Positions 1-14,063 of a stretch of DNA of 64,000 bases are shown piece by piece. The stretch lies in NCBI RefSeq assembly GCF_009914755.1, contig NC_060929.1, one strand, 5' to 3'. How positions within the stretch are numbered: the first letter of the stretch is position 1; each line of letters starts with the position of its first letter. This DNA is from the human T2T-CHM13v2.0 reference genome, Homo sapiens. Below the pieces are notes generated by a model. That model saw only the letters and a program-made list of their open reading frames with translations, ran no database searches and was not told the origin of the DNA. Both the position numbers and the translations under genes were made by a program.

Positions 1-184
1 AACATACACGCATGTATGCACACACACGCACAATATAACTAAGTGAGGTGATAGATGTATTAATTAGCTTAATCGTCGTTATCATTCACGATGTACACCT
101 ATATCAAATCATTATGTTGTACATTTTAAATATATATAACTTTCATTTGTCAGTCATACTTCAATAAAGCGAGGAAGAAAAAAG
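1..184 (+). mobile_element. Old L1M 3' end
   Basis: L1M-type 3'UTR wording (TATATCAAATCATTATGTTGTACA...TCAATAAAGC) followed by an A-rich tail. Confidence 0.65.
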
Positions 185-606
185 GTCAGACCAGAGGGAA
201 ATACTCCGAATCTCTCACCCTATGTTCTTGGAATAAAAGCAGTCAAGTTTGAATGCAGTGAGGGTTTGAGGACTGTACCACTCCAGGTTCAGTGCTGACT
301 CCGTTTTATAGCACAAGGAGGAGCTGAACAGCAGAAATGCTTAGAGAAGAGAAAGATAAGTTGAATTCTCTTGTCAAATTCTCCCTTGCAGGTAGCATGG
401 ATGCATATATTTTTTCATCATGAAGTCTCACTTCCGAATAGGGCCAATCATCTAGTGTCTTGCTGCTCTGTGTTCAAATTCATATAGTCTTGGAGGTGTT
501 CCCCTCTACCTGAACGGTGGTACCACACACCTCCAAAGTTAGAGGCGGGCCTGGGCACACTCACCTGCAGACTTGGATATATTCTGTTGGCAATGGCTAT
601 GACTTC

Positions 607-1439
<833 letters not shown>

Positions 1440-2709
1440 TTTCCCTTTCTCTTTTAACCTCTCCCTTCCCCAACCCGATCCCGACCCCTTGGAGAAGGGG
1501 CTGTTGCATTTGACAAAGAAATTGATCCTTATGTAGAGTAAGCAACTTGTTTAAAGTCATCCAGCAAATTAGAGGAAGCCCCATGCTGGGAGAACCCATC
1601 CTTAGAGGCCCAGCTAGAGGTCCGCAAGTAGACAGTGGAGGGTCGTAGGTAGGAGGACAGGCTTGGGGTCAGAGCAGCTCGGTTTACAGCTGGCACCCTC
1701 GTTCACTAGCTGTGCAACCTTGGGAGCAAGTGTCTCAGAGTATTTAAAGGACAGTTTTTTCTATTCCTATACAAGATGTTAACATTAAGGGAAGCTGGTG
1801 ACAGGTATATGGGAACTCTCTATACTATTTTCGTAACTCTTCTATAAGTCTAAAATTATCTCATGATAAAATTTTTAAAAATAACAGTTTCCTCTTATCT
1901 GTAGCATGGAAAGAGTAAGGATATCTGTCTCCTAGGAGGCTTCGATGAGACAGTGCCTGGAAAGGGGTTAGCACAGTGTCTGGCCCATGCTGACGACTCC
2001 ATACATAACAATTCTTAAAAGCTGCCTCCTCCAGGAAGCCGGTGAGCACCACTGGCAGAACCAATCACTGCTTTCTCAGTAGCCCCACACCCTCACTGCC
2101 CAGGAGCAGTTTATTTCAGTGTAAAATGCCAGGCGGCTTAATGTGACCACTGACAGCACGAGTTTGATCCTGGCTTTTCTGCTTCTCAGCTGAGATCCCC
2201 AGCAAGTTACTTGAGCACTTTGTGCCTCAGTTTCCTTTTGGTAAATAATAAAAGTCTGTACATTATAAGGCGGTCATGAAGATTAAATGAACTGGAATTT
2301 TTCAGCACTTAGAACTCTGCCTGGCCTATAGCAAACTCTACATACCTATTTTTATGCTCCAGGTCAGTGGTTTTCTAACTTGCTTTTTACTGTTACCCAT
2401 AGTAACAAATATGCTTTCCATCACAACGTGTGTATGTGTGTGTGTGTATAAATAATTTTAAAGTGGTAATTTCAAAAACATTGGTCTCTAAGAGATGATC
2501 ACATTTTGTTTCCCCCATTAAAATATAAGGTACTTGGGGGACAGGGAATAGTCTGACTCATTTTGGTCTCCAATCACTTCATTTCCTTCTTTCATTTAAT
2601 TTACCAAGCTCCTATTATCTATTCATTAGACATAAATATATATTGAGCATTAACTCACTATGTACCTGTTACCTACCAGCACAGATCAGACCTGGGTTGA
2701 ATCAATGAA

Positions 2710-2850
2710 TGGGTAAGGCAAGGAAAGGAGGTCGCAGGGCAGAAGGCAGGGAGGAAGGGCAGGAGGGTGAAATGGAAGGAAGGGAGGAAAGGTGGAGGGG
2801 AGGAAGGAGAGGGGGAGGGTAGGAGGGCGAGAAGGAAGGAAAAGAAGGAA
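2710..2850 (+). repeat. GA-rich polypurine tract upstream of the NIPAL4 promoter
   Basis: Almost exclusively G/A for ~140 nt. Confidence 0.8.
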
Positions 2851-3154
2851 CCCAGGTTCCCAATTGGCAGCAGTACCCACTTCCAACCCCTATGTTGCCA
2901 CTTCCACCTCGGCAGGAAAGTTGCCCCTTCTCCAGCCATCTAGGTCCCCTGTACTCTTTCCCTGGGGATGGAGCTGGGTGCCGGTGCAGGCATCGGAGGA
3001 GCGGTGCCGGGGAACCCGCCTCCTCACCTCTTGCCCCTAGCACGGGGCGGTGACTCCAGAGCTGGGAGCCTGGCAGCGTCCTCACCCCAGGAAGGCATGC
3101 GCCCCTCTGCGGGCGGCCCCAGCCCTGGGCCCCCTGCCCCCGGAGTTGCCCAAG

Positions 3155-3340
3155 ATGCCGGGTGACTCCTCCCCGGGGACTCTCCCACTCTGGGACGCGT
3201 CACTCTCCCCACCCCTGGGTCCGGACCCCGGCGGCTTCTCGCGCGCGAGCCACGCGGGGGACAAGTCGCGGCCACCTGCTCCGGAGCTGGGGAGCCCGGG
3301 CGCCGTCCGCCCGCGCGTCGGTTCGTGTGCCCCGGGCCCC
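3155..3340 (+). CDS. NIPAL4: Optional 62-aa N-terminal extension of NIPAL4 (MPGDSSPG...CAPGP) from an upstream in-frame ATG
   Basis: ATG at 3155 (AAGATGC) is in frame with ATG 3341 (186 nt apart, no stop); matches the recalled 466-aa NIPAL4 N-terminus. Confidence 0.55.
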
Positions 3341-3377
3341 ATGGAGCTGCGGGTCAGCAACACCAGCTGCGAGAACG
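3341..3377 (+). CDS. NIPAL4: NIPAL4 coding exon 1 (MELRVSNTSCENG)
   Basis: ATG at 3341; donor G|GTGCGT at 3378; 37 nt, phase 1 joins exon 2. Confidence 0.93.
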
Positions 3378-5390
3378 GTGCGTACGGCAGGGCTGGGGAC
3401 CAGGCGGGCTCCGCGCTTCGCGCCCTCCCCTCCTTGCCACCGCTCTCCCTCGCATCCTCTCCTCCCAGGGGGGCCAAAGCTGGGGAGGGGCAGGGCCAGC
3501 ACGAGGTGGCTCCCACCCAGCTTTGAAGATCTGGGTTCTGGCTGAGACTTCACTTTCATCTTCGCAGCTGGGATGGCTGAGAGGAGTCAGGGAAGGAAAG
3601 TATGTCCCCTGGGTTGAGATGGGGGGTTAGTGGGGGGCAGGCATTTTGACGACAGCAGACACCCTGAGAGGTGGTGGGGGCGGGGGGAGGATTCTGTGTT
3701 TTTAATGTGTAGTTGCTTCAGGTTTTAGTACCTGCGCAGTTTGGGCTTTCTCTCTGGGTCAATGGGAGGACCATCACAGGACGGTCTTGTCTTTGGAAAA
3801 GAAAAAGAACCACAGGAAGGGGTAAAGAAAGACCCCTGACTTCCTATTGCGTTCTGACCATAAAGCAGGTAGTGGACTAGGCCCTTTACCCGCATTATCT
3901 CACTGAATCCTTAAAACAACTCTAGAAGGTAGGTAGGTATTATTATTTTACTATCTTGCTATCCCCACTCTAAAGATCCAGAAACTGAGGCTCTGAGCAG
4001 CTAATAATTTGCTCAAGGTAATACAGTGAGGAAATGGAATATAGATCCAAGGCTGGTGGACAGTAAAACCTCAACTCCTTCCTTGGTGTGGCTCCACTTT
4101 CCTACCTTGTCTTGGAACTGCAGGCTGTGGCATGTCCCTGTTTCTCTAACCTCTTCCCTTCTACAGTGAAGCTTTCAAAGCCAGCCTGTTAGGTGTCTGA
4201 CTTTGGTTTCCTGAACAAGGCAGGCATTTTCAGCCTCACCTTTTCTCTAGGCCAGAATGTGTTCCCCAGTCCTAGCATATTCTGGAAGAGATAACAGGAA
4301 TCATCTGGCCCATGCTCAGAATTGGATTACTTTGGCCATCAGCCCTCTGTCTTTTACTTTTCACTGCAGTGGGAGAACTTGACTCAATGGAGGATGCTGA
4401 GCCCTTGGGTGTTGCGGGCTTTACTGTGACAGCCAAGTCCATCCACAGAGGGTTCGTTGGCTCCATCTGCTAGAGGTGCACCTTCAGGGAGCAGGGGAAG
4501 GGCGTGGGGATGAGTTTGGTCTTCCTCTCAGGAGTCACCTCCCCTAGCCCATGTTCTCCCAGGTTCTGGCTCATTTCCTGGGCTCAGGGAACTCCCCAGA
4601 TTCAGCTCTTGGGCAAGGAAGCCTGAGCTGGAGAAACAGGAATGAGCAGTGCAGAACAAGTCTGATTAGGGACTGAGATGCCTCTTGTCTCATCTTCCCT
4701 TGATTGTGACACGAGTTTTGGAAAGAGAGATATCACACTGCAAAAGACACATGGATGTGCCCCAGTGGGTGCTGGATCCAGATCTTTCACCAGATGTTGG
4801 GGTGACTTAAGCAAGCTCTTCCCTTTCTCAGGGCCTCAGTTTCCCCAGAAAAAATAAGAATTTAGACTGCTTTCTAAGGGCTCTTCAAGCTCTGTTATTC
4901 ATGGGTCTGTGTCGTGGAAGAAAGGTCAACATTGCCTTTAGTCTGTTCCACCAAGATGCCACTCTGCCCTGCAGATGTGCCAGAGCCAGAGTTGCTTGAC
5001 CATGGACTTTGGGGCCCTTCCAGGCACTGCCTGGGAGTTCTAGGTTGGTGGGAGAAATACTTGGTTGAGGCTTACATCCTTGGCATAGGGACCTGGGCCT
5101 TGGTGACAAACAGCTTGAAAAAGGCTACCTCCAGAGGTAACAAACTCAGATGCCTACAAAGGCCAAGCACGTGCTAGAAATTACTGAAAGGAGCCAGATA
5201 AGACTCTTGGGGAACTGCAGAGAGTATGTCTTATTTTAGGGGGCAACACTGCCCAGCTGCAGCCAGTTGTTGCCTTAGAAGAGGGCCCAATATGGTAAGC
5301 AGATCTGATTTTTCACCGTAGCCTCCCATCTGAATTTTCATGGAAAATCTCCCAATTTTTAAATGTTTTCTATTTTAAAATACCTCTTAG

Positions 5391-5540
5391 GGCCAGGCAC
5401 GGTGGCTCACGTCTGTAATCTTAGTGCTTTGGGAGGCTGAGGCAGGAGGATAGCTTGAGGCTAGGAGTTCAGACCACCCTCTGCAACATAGCAAGACCCC
5501 CATCTCTACACAAAAAAACAAAAACAAAAACAAACAAAAA
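5391..5540 (+). mobile_element. Free left Alu monomer (FLAM-like)
   Basis: Single monomer with (CAAAA)n tail; flanking CCTCTTAG direct repeat. Confidence 0.85.
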
Positions 5541-6113
5541 GCCTCTTAGGAGGCCAGATGCTACCTGCTTTATTGAGGTGTGTGTGATGGTTAAGAGCCT
5601 GGGCTTTGGCATCAGATAAGCTTAGAATCTGACACTGGCTTCACTATTCAGTACCCATGTTTTGGCTTTGGGCAGGTTACTAAACTTATCAGAGCTTTGG
5701 TTTCTTCAATTAAAAGCCTATAAAAGATTGTTGTGCCTGCTTCCAAGTGGTCATTAGAAACCCTCCTGGAAAACCCCAGAGCAGAGGACCATGTGAGTAG
5801 TAGCACTGAAGAATTATTGGCTATTCTTTGCAGTTTCATTGAACTTATGTACTTCTTCTGACTGAGGGTCTGCCCTTGTGCCCAGGTTTGTTATCTGGCA
5901 CGTGGTGGTACAAATTTGTTGTGGTCATGCAAAGAAAGCCCCTAACTAGCGTAAGCACTCACTGAACATAATTATTTTTAGGTGGAGGCACGGTATATGG
6001 GTATAGCCCTGCAGTAGCGGAAGCACAGGGTTTGAAACAGTGGCCAATTCCAATATTTTAAAAGTGTGCAATTGTCCCCAGTGTGACTCTCTCACTGTGG
6101 TCTTCCCATCCAG

Positions 6114-6353
6114 GTTCCCTGCTCCACCTCTACTGCTCCTCCCAAGAAGTCCTGTGCCAGATTGTCAATGACCTCAGCCCTGAGGTGCCCAGCAATGCCA
6201 CCTTTCACAGCTGGCAGGAAAGAATCAGGCAGAACTATGGCTTCTACATCGGCCTGGGCCTGGCATTCCTGTCTAGCTTCCTCATCGGCAGCAGCGTCAT
6301 CCTCAAGAAGAAAGGCCTCTTGCGACTCGTGGCCACGGGAGCCACTCGAGCTG
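6114..6353 (+). CDS. NIPAL4: NIPAL4 exon 2 (SLLHLYC...[23 protein letters not shown]...TRA)
   Basis: Acceptor ...CCCATCCAG| at 6113, donor |GTAGGT at 6354; 240 nt; first NIPA-family TM helix followed by ILKKKGL. Confidence 0.96.
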
Positions 6354-6904
6354 GTAGGTTCCTGGGCCAGGAGAGGATAGGGCCCAGGGCAGCTGAGCTC
6401 TCACAAGGTCCGGGGCTGTAGTCTAAGAGGATGGCCTCAGCAAGGTACAAAAGGCTCATTGTCAACCCTATCTGGAATCCCACCTGCCAACAGGGTTAGG
6501 GTTTAGGGTTATAAAGGAAGGCCTCCAATAGGAGGTCTCAGTTTAGAGAGCAAACAGGATGCCTTCCTTTAGAATCCAATCTTTCCTGAGACCTTCATGA
6601 TGTGTTTATTAGAGGAGGGAAGGGACAAGTCTCAGGACCAAGAATCAGATATGCATGTCTGGTCTTGGTCTTACTTCCCACCAACGTCATCACAGGCAAG
6701 TCACAGCTTCTCTGCAAAATGGGAATAGATACTTCTGCTCAGAACAATGTCAGACGCTGGTGTGCCCTCACTTAGCATCCAATTGAGCTCCCTTCTGGGC
6801 TGCCAAAAAATGGTGAACTGTCTGACCCCAAGGGATTTGCTTGTTTGGAAAATAAGATGTTTTTCCGTGAAACAGTGCTTGAGAAAAGGAATCCTGTGCA
6901 AAAT

Positions 6905-7800
6905 GACTGATTCATTTAATCACCATTTATCACATGCCTGCTGTATGCCAGGGACAATGCTAGACATGGGGATTCAGTGTCCTCGTGGAACCTTCAGTCA
7001 AGTGGAAGAGACAGATGAGTCAATAGGCAGTTGTTTTATCATGTGTTAAGTGCCATCATGGGGAAAACACAGCCTGCTATGGGGGAATATTTTGGAGGGG
7101 TGTGTAAAGCCCAGACTTGGGGGATTAGGGGAGGTTTCTCTAGAAGAGATGATCTCTAAACTGAGACCTAGATTATGAGGAGACAGCAAGGTAAAAGGGG
7201 AAATAGGGAGACAGTGTTCCAGGCAGAAGGAATAACACGTGCAAAGGCTCAGAGGTGAGAGAACTTGAGTGATACTAGAAATCGAAAGTCATTCAGAATG
7301 GCAGGAGCAGGAGGGGTGCATGGTGAGTGAAGGGCCAGCTCATGAAGGGTCTTGTAAATGGAAGCACAGAGGCTGAGTGCAATTGTTAAGTGACTGAAAG
7401 GTTTTAGGAAGGCGAGTGACACAGTCTAATTTGCAATTTGAAAAGATCCCTGGTTGCTGGGTGAAGAACGGATTAGGGGACAAGCCTGGAGCCTGGGAAA
7501 CCAAGTAGGTGAGTGAAAGGACAGAACTTGAGCCCGGGAGACAGAAATGGGAATGGAGACAACTGGTGGATTCCAAAGCTAGTTTTTGAAGGTAGAATTT
7601 ACCAGCTTTGATACAGACCGGCTTCAAGCAAGGGAGGAGGGGCGGGGGAAGGAGTCAAGGATGACTCATGCTTTTGACTTGAGCAACTGGGGTGATGAAA
7701 GTGCTATTTCTTGAGATGAAGAGTGTAGAAGGAGGGACAGGTTTATGGGAAGATGATGCATTCAAGTTTGGACACGTTCAATTTAATGTTTTTGTGGGAT
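6905..7800 (-). mobile_element. L2 LINE fragment (further pieces at ~8560-8725 and ~9130-9990)
   Basis: Reverse complement of the L2 3' end (ATTCATTTAATCACCATTTAT...TGCCAGG) followed by typical purine-rich L2 body. Confidence 0.65.
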
Positions 7801-7982
7801 ATTGCACTTAGGAAGCAGACTATTAGGGTTCTAATTCTGGCTCCTCAATTCCTGGTGATTCAATTCTGGGCAAGAAAAGTATCTATTTCTATGCCTCAGT
7901 CTTCTCATCTATAAAATGGAGATAAGAATAGTACCAGCCTAAAGGGTTATAAGAAAATGCAACATAGTTAGAATCATACCTA

Positions 7983-8118
7983 GCACAGAGTAGCACTAGT
8001 ATTGGTATTACTGTTATCTCAGTGAAAGGTTCCCACAGTTAGAGGTACTAGTGCACAGACTAGCACTAGTATTGGTATTACTGTTATCTCAGTGGGAGGT
8101 TCCCACAGTTAGAGGTAC
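7983..8118. repeat. 70-bp-period tandem duplication (2 copies)
   Basis: TAGCACTAGTATTGGTATTACTGTTATCTCAGTG..AGGTTCCCACAGTTAGAGGTAC occurs at 7991 and 8061. Confidence 0.95.
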
Positions 8119-8729
8119 AGGTCTAGAGCCCATGTGTGCTGCAAAATGAATAGCTGTGAGGTGCAGAGATGAAGTCAGGAACAATGGTCATTGCCATTCC
8201 ACCCTTCACTTCTAGACAAGTGTTGGAAAGGCCAGAGACCTTCCAGAGTGCCAGGGAAATTTCTGCTTGTGTTCAGAGAAGGTATCATTGACCATTCAGA
8301 AAGACAACTTCCCTGGAATCCGTTTTTTTCTCCAATCTACTATTTCAGTATCTTCTGTGATTTCAACCCTTAGAGTAAAATGTTCTCAGAGTTCTTAACA
8401 TTTATGGGAAATTCTGACCTTTTTAGGAACCTAATGAAAATAGGACACCTCTTCCTTAGAAAAGTGGGCATTCCCAAAAGCAACATAAATTTTTGGATTT
8501 TTATGAAACTGTCTCAAACCCATCTATCATCATCCATTATTATCATCATCGTTGTTGCTAATGTTACTGAGTATTGACTACGTGCCAGGTCCTGAACAAA
8601 GCAGACACAATTCCTGGCTTTGTGGAGCTTCCATTTTACTGGGGGAAATGTCATAAAATAAGAAGATCAACTAAAATTAAGAACAACAATGCCATGAAAG
8701 AGAAGAGCTGGGTGTTATGAGAGAACCCC

Positions 8730-9153
<424 letters not shown>

Positions 9154-10066
9154 TCAGGGATGGCATCGTAGGGGAAGCAACATTCACACAGCAACCTGTA
9201 GAGTGAGTGTAAGTTTAGGCAAATAATAGAGTATTCTGGACACAGGGAAAGCATGTGCAAAGGCCTCGAGGCAGAAAAGAGCTCATCGTTTTTGGAGAGC
9301 TAAGAGAGAGGAGAAGAGTGGCAGGAGATGCACTTGGACAGGTGAGCAGGGCCAAAAGTATGCATGCTCTTGTTAAGGATTCTGGTCTTTATCCTGAGAG
9401 CACTCAGAAGCCATTGCCAGCCATAAGTTGCAGAGTGACATAATCTGATTTGCATTCTTAAAAGACGACTGGCTGCCATGAAAAGAAAAATAGGTTATTA
9501 AAGGGCCAAGAGTGGAACCAGAGTAACTATGAAGGAGGCTGTTGCCTCAACCTGAAGCAGGGATAACAGTGCCTTCGTGTAGCAGGTGGCAGCGGAGTGG
9601 ACACATGCGAGATCTTTTTGGAGACAGAGTTATCAGGATGGACTGGATGCAGAAGGAGGGAGAGAAGAGTCAAAGAGCAATTCCCTGGTTTCTGGCTTAA
9701 GCAACTGGATAAATGAGAGTGCCACTTACTATGTTTCATTTGGCAGGTGGGTGGGGAACATTTAAAACCAAGAGCTCCATTTAGGACAGAAATTGAGATG
9801 CCTGTGAGGAATCCAAGAGGAGATGTGAAGTAAGCAGTTGGATATACACCTGGACTCAGAAGGAAGGTCCAGGCTACAGATATAGAGGCATCAGATATAG
9901 ATGGTATTTAAAACTTTAGGAACAAATGAACCCACCCAGGAGAAGGCCCAGAACCAAGCCTCAAGGAGCAGCCCTTAGAGGCCGGGGAGTGAGCAGAGAG
10001 TTAGGAAAGGTACCTGAGAAAGTGTGGCCAAGTTCCATCCTAACTTTGTGTCCATTCCCTCCACAG

Positions 10067-10123
10067 TGGATGGAGGCTTCGGCTACCTGAAAGATGCAAT
10101 GTGGTGGGCTGGATTTCTCACCA
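10067..10123 (+). CDS. NIPAL4: NIPAL4 exon 3 (VDGGFGYLKDAMWWAGFLT)
   Basis: CCACAG| acceptor, |GTAAGT donor; 57 nt; NIPA GGxGYLxxxxWWxG motif; not in ORF track (too short). Confidence 0.95.
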
Positions 10124-10906
10124 GTAAGTGGGTTGTTTGTTACTAATAACAGTGGCCTATTGATAGCAGGGCTGGAGACAAAGGGAGGGGTGGGTAGGGC
10201 ATTTTTGTCTCTAGTATGGCAAGTGTGAATCTGAGGCCCAGATTCCCAGGGGAAAACCTTGACAACCTTTACAGGGAGAACATCTTACCATCAAAGTCAG
10301 TCTTCATCCATGAAGCGTCTACTCCCAGAGAGGTTTGCACAGAGCTGGCAACGATGAAGGTGTATTTTCTCAACTTGCCTTTAAACATAGCTCGATAATA
10401 TCACTGCCTGTTGGTAGTGGACTCTTGACTTCTACATGGTAGAAGCTGGAACTCCTAGGCCAACTTCCCCCAGTCCGCAGGCAGTTAATGTGTTGGCCCA
10501 CTTAGAACATAGCTGGTCCGTTACTTAAAGTTTGCCCAAATTTGCATACTCACACATTTCCCCCACTTTCCACCCACCCTCTCCTGCTATCAAACCCTGA
10601 CTCTTTTAGGTGGAAAATTAACCAGGTTTCCATTCATAATCCCCTATGTCAAGTTTTGATCCTCGTCTCAGCCAGAGCTATCCCAGTGACCATCTGCTTT
10701 TAAAGGGGAGACCCAGGTGGTTCTCTATCAGCAGAGAGATGGAAAAAGACACTTTTCTGATAACCACACACAGCTATCACATATTGAGGGTTTACTGTCT
10801 GCTAAACTTTCTAAGTGTTATCCTGTGTATTAACTCAGGAGTTTACAAACTGGAAACTCAGATAGAGAGAAAGAACTTAGGCCCCTTGGGAATGTCAGAT
10901 TTTTCT

Positions 10907-11232
<326 letters not shown>

Positions 11233-11739
11233 AGAAATGTCAGATTTTTCTAACCACCTGCCTCTTAGTCCAGACTGTTGAAAATTCCCCTGGAAAAGAG
11301 GGGAAAAGTGGGGTCCATGGACCAATTGGTACCTGGAGAACCAATAATTGTAACTGTTTCTTCCTTTGATAATTAACACTTCCTAGAATTTAAATTAAAA
11401 ATCTAGTCCAAAATACTGGCAGTCCCTGAGACAAATTTAACTGTGCCTGTCAGACTAGAAGCCAAGAGGCCTAAAGAACAAGAGGGCTTCTACACCATAA
11501 GCATGTCACGTGACCTTGGGCTTGGGGCCTTAGCTTCACCATCTTTAAAGTGGAAGGATCTGATCTGGACAGACTGGGACTGACCTTCGATCAGACTCTC
11601 CAGGGAGAGAGCGTATGGATCAAGATTTTAAGGAATGCTGGTCTGGGATTCTCCAGCTTGTTGCACACGGAATTATTCGTCTGGAATGGAGATGGTGCTT
11701 CTGCGCCATGCTAGCCTCTTTTCTCCCTTCGTTTCCTAG

Positions 11740-11830
11740 TGGCTGCTGGAGAAGTTGCCAACTTTGGAGCCTACGCATTTGCACCTGCAACAGTCGTCAC
11801 GCCTCTGGGAGCGCTGAGTGTCCTCATAAG
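11740..11830 (+). CDS. NIPAL4: NIPAL4 exon 4 ([31 protein letters not shown])
   Basis: TTCCTAG| acceptor; donor AAG|GTTATT; 91 nt; NIPA signature [24 protein letters not shown]. Confidence 0.95.
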
Positions 11831-12204
11831 GTTATTGTCCCCTCTCTAGCTCTCTCTTTTTCTATTCCGTTTTCAGTTTGTTGAGGCCTGGAATTGCCAA
11901 GTGGGATCGACTGCCACTTGGCAATCAGGGACCTGGGTTGGTCTCAGCCTCCAGAAAGAGGCAGTGTGCTGTCCAGAGCTATAGACCCTGGGAATGTTTG
12001 CTGCCTCTTGCCCTAGCATCCCCTTGACTGGGTAATAGAGAGGCAGGCCAAGCCCAAAGCAGTTGGAAGGGCTTCCACCGTCACCAGGGTGAACGGCGCA
12101 TGTCACTATTTTGGTGCCGTGATAGATGCAGCATACAAGTTAAGAGCATGTGCTCCGGATTAACGCTGCCTGAGTTCTAATCCTCGCTCTGCCACTTAGT
12201 AGTC

Positions 12205-12677
12205 ACGTTACCATAGGCAAGTCATTTAAGCCACTTAGTCACTCGAAGCCTCATTTTTCCCATCTGCAAAATGGGGATGCCAATAATACCCACTGGGGGG
12301 CATTGTTCTGAGGATTTAATGAGATAATGCACAGAAAATGCACAGTACAGAGCTGGGACCAAACAATAACCACAGCTATCACATAGTAGGGGCTTAGTAT
12401 GTGCTGAACATTCTGAATGTATCATGCATATTAACTCATTTAATTTTCACAGCATCCCTAGCTGAGCCCAACAGAGGTTAAGCAACTTGGCCAAAGTTAC
12501 CAGCTTCTAAGAGGCCAGGCCAGGATTCTAACCCAGGCAGTCTTAATTCCAGAGTCAGTGGGCTTAATTGCTATGCCACATTGCCTCTCAAGTAAACACT
12601 CAACAAATGTTTGATAGTTTTAAAAATAATTGATACTAAATGTCTGTGCTTCCCACTGCCCCTAGTCCCCCTGAGCT
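12205..12677. repeat. Left arm of inverted duplication (two opposed MIR-like pieces plus flank)
   Basis: Reverse complement of 14064-14526. Confidence 0.93.
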
Positions 12678-14063
12678 ACAAACACAGAGCCAGCTCCTCT
12701 GTGGGGGTCCTGGAGCCCTATTTGAAGGAGACTCTGATTGTTGGCGTAACCTTGGAACGCCGGTAAATTGTAGCAGACCACACCCAGTACCCATCATTTG
12801 TTTTACCATCTTGATGAAAATTTTGCAACATTTACACACTCAAAAAACAAATAGAACTCATGCTGTACAACTCGCCTGATTCATGCTGTATAACTGGCCT
12901 AACACAGCTGATGTAGCTGTGGTACCATAATTGCATATCTGATTAGTTTGCAAATTCCTACCCGGGGGAAGTTGGGAGAGCCATAAAATCCTCCAGTGTG
13001 TGGCCCCTGCCTGCATGAATAATCTCTTGAATGGGACATTGCGGCCAAAATATTTTTGGTAGTTTCAGAGGAAAGACGGAAGACAGACAAGAGAGCTTAG
13101 ATATCAATCTCCTCTCTCCTGACAACTTGAACCAGGATTTTTAAGGCTAAAAATAGCCAATGTCCTGAGATAGCCAATAGGTTTTTACCCTAAACTAAGC
13201 CACCTTCATGAAGAGACAGAAGCATGCCCCCGTGATTATACGAGGCTTGCCTGTGATTTTTTTTCCCTTCCTCTCTTGCTTCTGCTGGCTCGGCTCGAGG
13301 ATATGAGGGGAATAGAAATCATGTCACCACGGTGCAGCAAGGAACTGGAGATAATTTGCCCAGAAATTGAAGACTCAGGGAAGTCACAAGGATCCTCTTC
13401 AACGAGGCATAGAAGAAAACCCATGAGCTTTATAATTAGAAAGGACTCGAGCTCAATTCCTGGTTCCACTACTTGCTAGTCATTTGACCTTGCCAAGTCA
13501 TTTTAACTTCTTTGAGATTCAGTCTTCTCATTTATCAACTGGAGATAGTATATTTCACTTTGCAAAGAGTTATGAGATGCTAGTGTGATAGACGGGAAGT
13601 TCCTAGCACCATACATAGTAGGTAATAAATGCCTAAGACATGGTACCTGTGATTGTCACTGAGGTTGTTTACACTGGCTTATACAAATGAAATAATAGGT
13701 GTGTTATGAATGACCCGAGGAGCAGAGATAGAGCAAAAAATAGAAATTACCAGAAGGCATATTTTTGGTAAATGATTAGAGCAAACCTACAATGGCCTCA
13801 TTTGGCTTGTGAAGGGGTGGGCTCCCTGCCACCAGAGGTATCTATAAGCCAAAGCTGAGAGCCATCTGTTGGCAGTGCTAAGAGAGGATGTGTCCATTGG
13901 GAAGGCAGTTAGACAAGAGCATTTTGAAGTGTTCTTCCAACTCTTCTGTTTGGGAATACTTTCAGTCTCTAAAATGGAAGAAATTCACCTGCATTTCTAT
14001 TCCTCCAGCAAATATTGTAACACTCCCAGAAATGAGTTTCTATATCAAACATTTTTTGGCCCC

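Larger units (their letters stand above)
2980..3520 (+). promoter_or_regulatory. NIPAL4: CpG island / promoter and first exon region of NIPAL4
   Basis: Sharp rise in GC and CpG density around exon 1; GC box GGGGCGG at 3044-3050; no obvious TATA box. Confidence 0.85.

Noticed and set aside
6492-6510. Telomere-like AGGGTTAGGGTTTAGGGTT
   Set aside because: Only about three imperfect units; compatible with chance.
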